In this document: positions 27,917 to 37,622 of the stretch, piece after piece
How the letters are laid out: each line of letters starts with the position of its first letter
How positions within the stretch are numbered: position 1 is the first letter of the stretch
Assembly (NCBI GenBank): GCA_963666365.2
Contig: CAXXNF010000001.1
Span: forward strand, 512,001-576,000
Direction of reading: 5' to 3'
DNA from: Syntrophales bacterium
Lineage (GTDB): Bacteria; Desulfobacterota; Syntrophia; Syntrophales; UBA2210
Length of the DNA: 64,000 nucleotides
Position numbers and translations under genes: made by a program
Notes under the pieces: model-generated
What the model was told of the DNA's origin: nothing
What the model saw: only the letters and a program-made list of their open reading frames with translations
The model's database searches: none

Positions 27917-29152
27917 ATGGAAACTACACTGCCTTTGGAAGGAATCAAGGTTCTGGATTTCAGCACCTATGCAGCCGCACCGATCTGCGCGATGACCCTG
28001 GCGGACTGGGGCGCCGATGTCATAAAAATAGAGTCGCTGACGGGCGACATGTTCCGGTTCTTCGGTTTTATCATGCACTGTCCGGTTCAGGAGGACGACA
28101 ATATTCAATTTGAGATGGACAATAGAAACAAGCGCGGAATCTCGCTGAATCTGAAAACACAGGAAGGGAAGGAAATCATAGGAAAACTGCTTGAGACGGC
28201 GGATGTTCTTGTCACGAATTACCGTCCCAAGGCGCTGGAAAGTCTCGGTCTGGATTATGAAAGCGTATCCCGGAACCATCCCCGCATTGTTTATGCATAT
28301 TTAAACGGTTACGGAGACAGGGGACCCGACAAAGACAAGCCCGGCTTCGATCTATCCGCATTTTTCGCCCGTTCAGGCATTCTGGTCGAGATGCCTGAAC
28401 CTGGATCGCCTCCCCTGCCGCCACTGGCCGGATTCGGAGATCACCCGACGGGCACAATCCTCGCCGGCGGCATATGTGCCGCCCTTATCCAAAGAGAGAG
28501 AACCGGAATGGGATGCAAGGTCCAGACATCTCTCTTTAATTCGGCCCTTTGGAGCCTGCAGTTGAATATCGCCGCGGCCAATAACAACGCTCACCTGCCT
28601 GAGGAGGAATACAACAAGATAAAAGGCCAGCGGACAAAACCCCGCTCGGCCTTGATGAATACGTATCAATCAAAGGACGGCCGATGGATCACGATCATGG
28701 CCCTCGAATACGACCGCTACTGGAAACCTTTCGCTGAAATAGTGCTCAAGCGGCCGGACTTGGCGGACGACCCGCGCTTCAACAATCAAACGGCCGGTTT
28801 TCAACATGCCGAAGCACTGACGGCCCTTATAGATAGGGTTTTAGGAACTTTGACCGAAGAGGAAATAGTGACAAGACTGAAAGCGGCCGACATCGCCCAT
28901 GAGGTAAACCTTCGCTGGAAGGAGATCAAAGACGACCTTCAGGCGAAAGAAAACGGTTTTATCATGGAATGCACAATGCCGAGCGGACGCATGGACTGGG
29001 TAATGGGAAACCCGGTGCGTTTCAACGGAGAAAAGACCTCGATCCGAAGGTATGCGCCCCGTCTGGGAGAGCACAATGACGAGATCCTTTCCGAGATGGG
29101 CTACGGTGCCGAACAAATTGCAGCCTGGCGAACAAATATGATCATCAAATAG
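27917..29152 (+). CDS. CaiB/BaiF family (class III) CoA transferase
   Basis: LEGIKVLD, LADWGADVIKIE, NRNKR, GFD, APRLGEH. Confidence 0.95.
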   Translation: METTLPLEGIKVLDFSTYAAAPICAMTLADWGADVIKIESLTGDMFRFFGFIMHCPVQEDDNIQFEMDNRNKRGISLNLKTQEGKEIIGKLLETADVLVTNYRPKALESLGLDYESVSRNHPRIVYAYLNGYGDRGPDKDKPGFDLSAFFARSGILVEMPEPGSPPLPPLAGFGDHPTGTILAGGICAALIQRERTGMGCKVQTSLFNSALWSLQLNIAAANNNAHLPEEEYNKIKGQRTKPRSALMNTYQSKDGRWITIMALEYDRYWKPFAEIVLKRPDLADDPRFNNQTAGFQHAEALTALIDRVLGTLTEEEIVTRLKAADIAHEVNLRWKEIKDDLQAKENGFIMECTMPSGRMDWVMGNPVRFNGEKTSIRRYAPRLGEHNDEILSEMGYGAEQIAAWRTNMIIK

Positions 29153-29178
29153 AACGTTCCGAATAAGAGGAGTCGGCA

Positions 29179-29946
29179 ATGAAAATAAAAGACTGTATCT
29201 GTGTGGTGACCGGCGGAGCCTCCGGCCTGGGAGAGGCCTGCACACGATTTCTGATTGCCTCCGGCGCCAGAGTTGCGATTCTCGATCGCAATATTTTTAA
29301 CGGTGAGCGACTTGCCGATGAACTTGGCAAAGACGCTCTATTTCTGGAATGCGATATCACCAATGAAGCGAGTACGGAAGAGGCCCTGAAAAAGACCGAT
29401 GAAACCTTTTGCGGGTTAAATGCCGTCATTAATTGTGCCGGCATGGGATATGCGGAAAAGGTTGCCTCAAAGCGGGGTCCGGCATCACTCTCCATTTTCG
29501 GCCAGATCGTTCAGCTCAATCTGGTCGGGACTTTCAACGTCATCCGGCTTGCCGTTCAGCATATGCTGAAAGAGGAACCCTCTGACAGTGGCGAAAGGGG
29601 CGTTATCATAAATACGGCCTCTGTGGCGGCCTTCGACGGACAGGTTGGACAGGCGGCCTACAGCGCCTCGAAGGCGGGCGTGGTCGGCATGACCCTTCCG
29701 ATTGCCCGGGAATGCGCCGACTATGGAATCAGGATTCTCACGATTGCACCGGGAGCATTCGACACTCCCCTGCTTTCCCTCCTTCCACAGGAGTCGCGGG
29801 ATGCCCTGGTCCAATCAATGGCGTTTCCCAAGCGGCTGGGGCGCACAGCGGAATTCGCGATGCTGGCCGGCCATATCATAGAAAACCAGATGCTCAACGG
29901 AGAAGTGATACGACTCGACGGTGCAATGCGCATGGCGGCCCGGTAA
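29179..29946 (+). CDS. SDR 3-hydroxyacyl-CoA dehydrogenase (HSD17B10/type II-like)
   Basis: TGGASGLG, NCAG, GERGVIINTASVAAFDGQVGQAAYSASK, NGEVIRLDGA.RM. Confidence 0.92.
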   Translation: MKIKDCICVVTGGASGLGEACTRFLIASGARVAILDRNIFNGERLADELGKDALFLECDITNEASTEEALKKTDETFCGLNAVINCAGMGYAEKVASKRGPASLSIFGQIVQLNLVGTFNVIRLAVQHMLKEEPSDSGERGVIINTASVAAFDGQVGQAAYSASKAGVVGMTLPIARECADYGIRILTIAPGAFDTPLLSLLPQESRDALVQSMAFPKRLGRTAEFAMLAGHIIENQMLNGEVIRLDGAMRMAAR

Positions 29947-30018
29947 ATATCCGGGTAACAAAAGAAGATTTTTCATTCGTTGGAAAACTGAACCTCCAGG
30001 ATATAAGGCAAAATAACA

Positions 30019-31086
30019 TTAATCACCTGTATGGTGATTTTCGTTTTTCTTTTGCAGGCTGCTCGCTCTTACGCCGACCAGTCTGACTTTCTTGGAAAGC
30101 TCGATTCGTTTCAGACAGGCGAAGGCCGCCTTTCGAATCTCCTCTTCCGAGTGTGTTATCCACTGAAGAGTAGTTGAACGGGTAAAGGTGGAAAAATCGT
30201 CGAATCTTATTTTTATTGTTACTGTCTTTGCCGCGTACCCATGCCGCTCCATATCTTCGACCACTTTCCTGGTCAGATCGGCCAGCGTGGCCGCAATATG
30301 CTGCCATCGGCTCACATCTTCCTGAAAGGTTGTCTCGCGGCTTACCGATTTCGGTTCCCAGTGTGTGACAAGGGGACTGTCGTCGATCCCTCTTGATGCA
30401 CGATACAGATAACGGCCGTAGGAATTACCGAAGCGTTTGAGCAGGAAATCGAGGGGAAGCGCCGCGAGCTGTCCGATGGTGTCAATCCCATGATCTCTGA
30501 GTCGGACCTCCGTTTTCGGCCCGACACCGTAAAGCTTTCTTATCGGAAGAGGCCAGAGGATGCGTTCGATATCGGCCTCTTCCAGTACCGTCAGTCCGTC
30601 GGGCTTGTTCATGTCCGAAGCGATTTTTGCCAGGAGTTTGTTGGGGGCTATACCGATGGAACAGGTCAACCCGATTTTTTCTTTGATTCCTGCCTTGATC
30701 CGTGCCGCAATTGTTTCATTGGAATCATTCTGTTCGGTAATGTCCAGAAAGGCCTCGTCAATACCCACGTCTTCCATGAGGGAGCCGACGCCCCGAAGCA
30801 CATCCTTAAACCGGATGGAAACAGCCGCATAGGCCCTGTAATCAACGGGAAGAAAGACGGCATACGCGCATAGCGCACAGGCCCTTTTCAGAGGCATCCC
30901 CGAATGGATGCCGTATTTCCGGGCCTCGTAGTTTGCCGTGGATACCACGCCTCTTTTGGACGGATCACCCCTCCCCCCGATGACGACGGGCTTTCCCGCC
31001 AGTTCAGGTCGCCGCCGCTCTTCGACGGCGGCAAAAAAGGCATCCATGTCGATATGTAGAATTCTTCTTTTACGGTATGCGGTCAA
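30019..31086 (-). CDS. dinB: DNA polymerase IV
   Basis: HIDMDAFFAAVE, STANYEAR.YG, IDEAFLD, KLLAKIASD..KPDG, little-finger VRLVGV. Confidence 0.95.
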   Translation of the reverse strand: MTAYRKRRILHIDMDAFFAAVEERRRPELAGKPVVIGGRGDPSKRGVVSTANYEARKYGIHSGMPLKRACALCAYAVFLPVDYRAYAAVSIRFKDVLRGVGSLMEDVGIDEAFLDITEQNDSNETIAARIKAGIKEKIGLTCSIGIAPNKLLAKIASDMNKPDGLTVLEEADIERILWPLPIRKLYGVGPKTEVRLRDHGIDTIGQLAALPLDFLLKRFGNSYGRYLYRASRGIDDSPLVTHWEPKSVSRETTFQEDVSRWQHIAATLADLTRKVVEDMERHGYAAKTVTIKIRFDDFSTFTRSTTLQWITHSEEEIRKAAFACLKRIELSKKVRLVGVRASSLQKKNENHHTGD

Positions 31087-31124
31087 GATCTCGGACCCCG
31101 GCGCAAGGAGGCAGTCGGATTACA

Positions 31125-31367
31125 TTATAAAAGAATCCTCGCCAGAATGGGAACAAGAAAGAGAAGGGAAAGCACTATAATGGCACTACAGGCCCGATCG
31201 ATCCATGGCGTATGAAGCAGCGTCTCATCCCAGTCGGTCGATTCAACGGCATGACAGAGGCGTGCGAACAGGGGCGCCGCAGTCGGACGGCCGACGGTCA
31301 TTGACCGGGGATGGTTCACAATTCCTGATGAAACAGTAGCGGCTGGTTCCATGTTCGCAATCCTCAT
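31125..31367 (-). CDS. Small hypothetical membrane protein between lexA and dinB
   Basis: Fills the gap co-directionally; C-terminal hydrophobic helix; start uncertain. Confidence 0.45.
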   Translation of the reverse strand: MRIANMEPAATVSSGIVNHPRSMTVGRPTAAPLFARLCHAVESTDWDETLLHTPWIDRACSAIIVLSLLFLVPILARILL

Positions 31368-31409
31368 TTAACACCATAATCGGTTGATTCCCCGATATCT
31401 TTAGTAAAT

Positions 31410-31997
31410 TTATTTGTGGTATTTCCTTATGACGGCAGTGACGACCCCGCCCAGCCGAAGCTCGGTGCGGGGAATGATAACCGGATAGCGCGGATTCGCT
31501 GCTTCCAGGACCGTCTTTCCGCCCTCTCTTCTGAAATATTTCATGGTCCACTCACCATCGACCTCGGCAACCACCACGTCACCGTTTTTGGGTTCCCGCC
31601 CTTTTTCAACGATTACAAGATCCCCTTCCATAATCCCCGCCCCCACCATGGAATCGCCGTTCACCTGCAATATGAAGGACGTTTCGGGCCTTGCAATCAG
31701 ATACTCATCCATGGACATGATATCACAGAGGGTCTCCTCCTCGGGCGAAGGAAACCCCGCCTGGACCGACCCGACCATGGGAACGGCAAAAGACCGCGTG
31801 GTGAGCGACAGATGCCCCTTTGCATCCTTTTCGAGCATCCCGGCCTCGACAAGCTTGGCAACCCAGAAGTTGACAACGCTCTTCGATCGGACCTCCAGGA
31901 GATCGACCATCTCGGCATAGGTGGGCATTCGCCGGTTTTGGCGGAAGAACCGGACGATACGTTTTTGAACCGATTGCGGGGTGCGTTTTTCTTTCAT
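31410..31997 (-). CDS. lexA: LexA family repressor (S24 peptidase)
   Basis: N-terminal winged HTH (RRMPTYAEM..RSKS.V), Ala-Gly site VQAGFPSP, GDSM serine, TMKY lysine; start ATG 31997. Confidence 0.9.
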   Translation of the reverse strand: MKEKRTPQSVQKRIVRFFRQNRRMPTYAEMVDLLEVRSKSVVNFWVAKLVEAGMLEKDAKGHLSLTTRSFAVPMVGSVQAGFPSPEEETLCDIMSMDEYLIARPETSFILQVNGDSMVGAGIMEGDLVIVEKGREPKNGDVVVAEVDGEWTMKYFRREGGKTVLEAANPRYPVIIPRTELRLGGVVTAVIRKYHK

Positions 31998-32004
31998 GGT
32001 CCCC

Positions 32005-32033
32005 ACAATATAGAACATACGTTCTATTGTCAA
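32005..32033 (-). promoter_or_regulatory. lexA promoter with palindromic operator TAGAAC-N4-GTTCTA in the spacer
   Basis: Minus strand TTGACA-ATAGAACGTATGTTCTA-TATTGT-GGGGACC-ATG. Confidence 0.8.
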
Positions 32034-32156
32034 GGGGAAAATGAGAAACCTGCGTGAAAAAACTGGATACCGGCCTTCGCCGGTATGACGAAATTGCTGC
32101 TGCTACAAGGTTCTGCAAGGGTCTCAATGAGAACTCCCAAGCCATAGATCGATTCA

Positions 32157-33086
32157 TTAAGAAATCGGCCGCATCTCCGCGGTTTCTCTCTTCGTCTGCT
32201 GCAAATCGGATGTAATTTTTTTATCGTTCATCAGCACCACCGATGAACCCAGCAGGCGTTGCGCCGAAATGTCCTTGTTGCAGTAATGCCGTGCCGCCGT
32301 TTCAGGGATAAAGAACCGGTATTCTATTTCGGTTATCGGACCGTTTCTGTCGCAGAGGCAGCTAGTGTAGCCGATCACCGTCACCTCATACCCGTAGAAA
32401 CCGTCTTTTGCGTCGAAGTGGGCGATCAATCGCTCCAAAGCGGGGGTGACCACGGCATGGAACAATTTACCGGCAATCTGCGGTCCGTCGTAAAATAGGT
32501 CATTGTATACCAGTCCCGACGCAAAGGCGACGCGGAGATAGTCTCTGTTTTCAAATGACACCAGGGCAATCGATCGTGTCGCCGCATATGTCTCCGGAAC
32601 AGGGTTGTCACGCACTATCGTATCGACAAATTCAAGTATCTTTCTGCCGAACATCGAGCCGGCGAAGTAGGCGCCGAAGTTCGCATCAAGATAATCGGAA
32701 GGCCGACTCAGGGTTACCTCGACATGCTTCGTGACCGTGCCGTCAGAGGCATCCTCGGAAGGAAAGGAAATGACTCCCGCTTTCTCGTAATATTCATCTT
32801 TCGATATTCGAAAGCGCAATCGCACTGCATCAGTCGCTGAAGAGAACGATTCCTGAAACAGGCCGCGTCCATCCGTGGTGACGGTCGCCGCCTTTATCTG
32901 AGTGCCGCCTTCGTTGACGGCATAGTCAACAGTCGCTTTATCGACAGGAATGCCGTCAACATCGACAATATTCATGATGCATCGGCATTGGAGGGGGGAA
33001 TGGTGATTCTGCACAATGCCGGGAGCGCATCCCCACAGCCACCACACAAGAAAAAAGGCGACGCAGAGCCCTTGTATTTTTTTCAT
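32157..33086 (-). CDS. Hypothetical lipoprotein
   Basis: MKKIQG..LWGC lipobox-like signal, RBS GGAGG; N-terminal beta-sandwich-like region. Confidence 0.6.
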   Translation of the reverse strand: MKKIQGLCVAFFLVWWLWGCAPGIVQNHHSPLQCRCIMNIVDVDGIPVDKATVDYAVNEGGTQIKAATVTTDGRGLFQESFSSATDAVRLRFRISKDEYYEKAGVISFPSEDASDGTVTKHVEVTLSRPSDYLDANFGAYFAGSMFGRKILEFVDTIVRDNPVPETYAATRSIALVSFENRDYLRVAFASGLVYNDLFYDGPQIAGKLFHAVVTPALERLIAHFDAKDGFYGYEVTVIGYTSCLCDRNGPITEIEYRFFIPETAARHYCNKDISAQRLLGSSVVLMNDKKITSDLQQTKRETAEMRPIS

Positions 33087-33302
33087 ACCGATGCCTCCGG
33101 AAATATTTTCCCTGAACTGTATCACAGGTCTCCCCTCCCGGCAAAATTCTTTGAAGAACCTGGCGTGACTTTTTCTCACACTGCCCTTCCTGCTCCTTTG
33201 CGTTCACCATGACACGTTTTTCCAGCCCGATTCTCAACGTTCCGCAGTTTCGGGACGGTATCCGATATTTATGCGGCGTCTAGCGCCGACGAATTTCAGG
33301 AT

Positions 33303-34883
33303 TCACTCCGCCGCTCTGTTATTCTTCGTCCAATACCACTCAAGGGTATCTCCTGCATGGCGTGTTTTTACAAGTCCCTGATCAATGAACCATGCCACTG
33401 CCGCATTTACTATGCCTTCTTCACAGCCTGTGGTCTCGCACAGCCTCTGCGCCAATATATCCGAGGCCCGCATGCCGTCAGAGGCGGCAATGACGCCTTC
33501 GCGCTCAATTAAATTTTTCGACAGTATTTCATGCACCAGCTTGAGCCGGTACTGCCCCGCGACACGAAGATTGTCTTCCTCGGAATTTGTACCGTCCCAA
33601 TACCCCCTTTCCATGGAGTCCCATTTTTTGTTTATCACCGTGTTGAAGCGTTCGATCATCTCAATCGCCCTCTCCGGACTCAGTTTCGATGTTCTTGTAA
33701 CCGGACTGTTCGCATCGTAACGGGACCAGTCAAAGGTCAGAATTTCAAGGTCATATTTTTCCCTTTTCTCCATCACGGTAGTGCCGGGAAAGGGGGCAAG
33801 GAAATGAAACCCATAATCGATGCCCAACCCTTCCGCGAAGGTCATGGTTTCTTCAAGCGTTTCCGGAGATTCGCCGGGTAGTCCCACTACAAAAGAGCCG
33901 TGGGGGTGTATTCCGGCTTCTTTGCATAAATGAACGGCCTGTCGGGCCTGGTCGAGCGTTGCCGCCTTCTTGATCCTTTTGAGCATATCCGCATTCCCGG
34001 TTTCAAGACCGAAGCTGATCCATTGGCATCCCGCTTTTTGCATCATCGCCAATGTTTCGCTGTCCACCGTATTGACGCGGGCAAAGGCGGTCCATATAAA
34101 GTGCAGCCCCCTTCTTTCTATTTCCCCGCAGACCTGACGAACCTTTTCTTTGTTTGCGGTGAAAAGATCGTCGGCGATATTGATCATTGTGAATCCATAC
34201 GACAAGATTTGTTCAATTTCTTCAACAATATAGGACGCACTGCGCTGCCGCGGCTTTTTTCCCACCATGCGTCTTCCCAGGCAGAAGATGCATGAGTAAG
34301 GGCAGCCGCGGCCGGTAATCATGCTCGGAGGGTAACCGAGTGCCCTGTAACGAGAAAGGGGAAGAAGATGTCGTGCGGGAAGGGGAAGTGAATCGAGATC
34401 TTCGATGAAGGGACGCGGTTCGGTCACCACCACCTGTCCGTTTTCCCGATAGGCAATGCCCCCTATGTTTCTCCAGAGAGAACGATTTTTAATCACCGGC
34501 ACAAGATCCGCAATAGTTGCTTCACCTTCTCCAATGACAATCATATCGATGGATGGGTACTGCTGCAGGGTGTTGGTCACATCGAAAGAAACGTGGGGAC
34601 CCCCCATAATGGTGATAATTTCAGGGTTATGTCCTTTTACGGCGGCAATGATGTCAGCGGCGCGCGGAAAGTTGAGCGTCACCGAATTTGCCCCCACAAC
34701 ATCGGGCTGCAACGTATCCAGCTGCACCTTCAAATGCTCGGGACTGTAGGGATTGATTACGTAGTCAATGATTTCGACCTCTGCACCGGCGGCCTCAAAA
34801 GCGGCTGCCACGTATGACAGGCCGAGCGGCACGGTGGGAATCTCCTCCAAGGGATAGGGGGACGCAATAAGCGCAACTTTCAT
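33303..34883 (-). CDS. B12-binding radical SAM protein (class B methylase-like)
   Basis: PLGL.Y.AA, GGPH, GEGE, RGCPYSCIFC (CX3CX2C), DD.F, GLETG, GLPGE, PFPGT. Confidence 0.92.
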   Translation of the reverse strand: MKVALIASPYPLEEIPTVPLGLSYVAAAFEAAGAEVEIIDYVINPYSPEHLKVQLDTLQPDVVGANSVTLNFPRAADIIAAVKGHNPEIITIMGGPHVSFDVTNTLQQYPSIDMIVIGEGEATIADLVPVIKNRSLWRNIGGIAYRENGQVVVTEPRPFIEDLDSLPLPARHLLPLSRYRALGYPPSMITGRGCPYSCIFCLGRRMVGKKPRQRSASYIVEEIEQILSYGFTMINIADDLFTANKEKVRQVCGEIERRGLHFIWTAFARVNTVDSETLAMMQKAGCQWISFGLETGNADMLKRIKKAATLDQARQAVHLCKEAGIHPHGSFVVGLPGESPETLEETMTFAEGLGIDYGFHFLAPFPGTTVMEKREKYDLEILTFDWSRYDANSPVTRTSKLSPERAIEMIERFNTVINKKWDSMERGYWDGTNSEEDNLRVAGQYRLKLVHEILSKNLIEREGVIAASDGMRASDILAQRLCETTGCEEGIVNAAVAWFIDQGLVKTRHAGDTLEWYWTKNNRAAE

Positions 34884-35297
34884 GACGCACCTCATGGCGT
34901 GTTCGCCTCACGGTATGGGGTAGTTCCTCCAGGCGTCCCGTACCGCCTCATTGTATCGAACAGAGAAATCCCGATATCGTTAATGTCGTTGTGTGTCCCG
35001 CATCTGCATATACACTATCGGCGGAACTTGCTGATCTTGTATAAATCAAAGGCATCAATTCCGCAACTGAAACATTTCATGCGGAGATTTCAGAAAAGGA
35101 TTCCCTATTACACGCTTGAAATAGCCGTGATAATTATCTATAAGAAAGTGAGTCGAGTTCGGCCGTCGCCAAGGCGCCTCTTATCCGAGACCGTTCAAAG
35201 AACACTGAAATGATCCCAGGCACAATCAGCGCGAACGCTTTCGGCCCTCTACGGCATGAAACCACTACCACATCACAGGAATAAAGAGGATACACAC

Positions 35298-36731
35298 ATG
35301 GGTCATAAGGAAGGCTTGGATGTTATGTTTCACCCGCGCACAGTTGCGGTAATAGGAGCACCCCGTAAAAGACCAGTCGGATGGCCGGGGATTTTTGGAT
35401 CCATAAGGGATTACGGATATCAGGGAACACTCTATCCCATTAATCCCGGCGCCTCGGAAGTTGAAGGAATCAGGGCCTATCCCGACCTCGTTTCGGTTCC
35501 CGAACCTATCGATCTGGTAATTATTTCCGTTCCCGCACCTGCTGTTCCGGCTGCACTTCGGGACTGCGTCGCCTCGGGAAATAAAAACATACATATCTTT
35601 ACCGCCGGATTTAAGGAAACCGGTGAAGAAGAAGGACTGCAACTACAGGCCGAAATTGAGACAATCGCCCGCGAAGGCGGCTTGCGGGTGATAGGGCCCA
35701 ACTGCATGGGAATATTCAATCCCCGAGAGCGCCTCGTCACCTGGATAGGGGCGCCCGAGCAATCCGGACCGGTAGCCTTCGTAAGCCAGAGCGGGGGACA
35801 CTCGCAGGACTTTACCAATTTCTGCAGTCGCCTGGGCGTCTATTTCAGTAAGGTGATCAGCTATGGAAACGCCTTGACGCTCGACAGCACAGACTTCCTG
35901 GAGTATCTCGCAGACGATCCGGAAACGGAAATCATCACCATGTATCTTGAAGGCGTCAAAGATGGCCGTAAACTGCTTGAACAGGTAACCGAAATCAACA
36001 GGACCAAACCAGTCATCATATTAAAGGCGGGATTGACGGAGGCAGGAACCAAGGCGGTTTCATCTCACACGGGATCACTCGCCGGGGGAGAAAAGGTCTG
36101 GAATGCCTTTTTCAAAAAGAGCGGCGCCGTGAATGCCACCAGCCTGGAGGATATGGCTTTTCTCGCACTCGCCTTTCGGCGTCTTAAGGAAACGAAGGGG
36201 CTGCGCATGGCCGTAATCAGTCACGGAGGCGGTATCGCCGTTTCCGCAGCCGACGCGTGCAGCCGAGCGGGTCTGGAAATGCCGAGCTTCACCAAGGAGA
36301 CAGAACGGCAGCTCCGCGCTGTAATCCCCTCCGGGGGGAACATCATCAGAAACCCCATTGATGCCATGCCGATATTCCGGAACATGGAAGTGTTTCAGCA
36401 TATGCTGCATCTTGTTTCATCGGAGCCTCAGATCGACATGCTGGTCCTATCTCTGTCTCTTGATTGGCTCTATGGCGTTGACAAAGGAAAGCAGATCGAA
36501 CGGATAACCGATTTTCTTGCGGGTCCGGCACGGGATTTCATGAATGGAAAGCCCTATGTGGTAAGCTGGAGGTCTTACAGAAACGATCCCACCATAAGAA
36601 ACGAAGGGTTTCGGCTCGAACGCAGGCTCCTTAAATCAGGAGTGCCCGTGTACCGGGGCTTCGAGCAGGCATCAATGGCCCTGTCACGATGGGCGCGCTA
36701 TCATCTTTTTCAGCAACGTCACAAGTCCTGA
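35298..36731 (+). CDS. CoA-binding protein, ADP-forming acyl-CoA synthetase alpha-subunit family
   Basis: P..VAVIGA, GF.E.G, GPNCMG, SQSGG, SYGN, YLEG, SSHTGSLAG (phospho-His), NPID. Confidence 0.9.
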   Translation: MGHKEGLDVMFHPRTVAVIGAPRKRPVGWPGIFGSIRDYGYQGTLYPINPGASEVEGIRAYPDLVSVPEPIDLVIISVPAPAVPAALRDCVASGNKNIHIFTAGFKETGEEEGLQLQAEIETIAREGGLRVIGPNCMGIFNPRERLVTWIGAPEQSGPVAFVSQSGGHSQDFTNFCSRLGVYFSKVISYGNALTLDSTDFLEYLADDPETEIITMYLEGVKDGRKLLEQVTEINRTKPVIILKAGLTEAGTKAVSSHTGSLAGGEKVWNAFFKKSGAVNATSLEDMAFLALAFRRLKETKGLRMAVISHGGGIAVSAADACSRAGLEMPSFTKETERQLRAVIPSGGNIIRNPIDAMPIFRNMEVFQHMLHLVSSEPQIDMLVLSLSLDWLYGVDKGKQIERITDFLAGPARDFMNGKPYVVSWRSYRNDPTIRNEGFRLERRLLKSGVPVYRGFEQASMALSRWARYHLFQQRHKS

Positions 36732-36846
36732 GCATCGGAACAACGGCAACGTGCACACCCGCACCGGCAGGTCCGCACGTTGCCTTTCCTGAACCATCAT
36801 ATAATGAGCAATTTCGTTCGCAGAACACAGAACTACACAGCAGATA

Positions 36847-37077
36847 TCAAAGGGAAAGGGAAAGCACAATTCCTGCAAAGCAGATACTGGAGAGTCCCAT
36901 AACAATCCACATATAGGTTTCCAGATTTTTCTCCGCTTCGTGGAGCCACTCATCCCACAATTGAATAGATACTCTTCCTTTGTGAAGATATGCCATGGCA
37001 TCGATGGGAAGGTTCGGACTATGCATTGTTTCCGTTTTTTCAGGGTGTGATAGTTGCTTTTTCATCATCGCATTCAT
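36847..37077 (-). CDS. Small hypothetical membrane protein
   Basis: 76-aa ORF with C-terminal TM helix; no recognised family. Confidence 0.4.
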   Translation of the reverse strand: MNAMMKKQLSHPEKTETMHSPNLPIDAMAYLHKGRVSIQLWDEWLHEAEKNLETYMWIVMGLSSICFAGIVLSLSL

Positions 37078-37622
37078 TCCATCATGAGGCGCACTGCCAC
37101 ATTAAGCACGCTGCTTTATTTTTATTATGACTCTTTTTGAAGCCTTAGCACTATTTCGTCGTCGCTTTCTTTACGGATTGAGGGCAGTACAACCGGAATA
37201 CCGTATTTCACGCATACCCCAGAAGGCCCTTATGCCACCGTGCCATCACTTCCGCTCTTGTCATCCATGCCTCTATTTCATGTAAAGAGGCGTTCTTTTT
37301 GTGTTGAAGTGGCCGGCAGCCTTACTTATACTATCGGTTCAATTCTGAAATTCTTTAACGCAAAAATAGTGCCACACAATCTAGCCCGGTCTTTTATGAG
37401 CAAACATTTGTATATATTTACTTATTTTACTTTTCAGCGCCCTTTCACTCCACATCTTCGAGGCGCCGCCCCGTCCGTCTATTGACATGGTATGCCGCCT
37501 TTCGATACAATGCAGCCTGTAAACGGACATCGATATCCATCGTCTGTTTTCACTGCCTGTTGATAGACGGACAAAAAACCGAAGGAACCACAGACTGCTT
37601 CGTGCTTACAGGAAGTTCTCCT

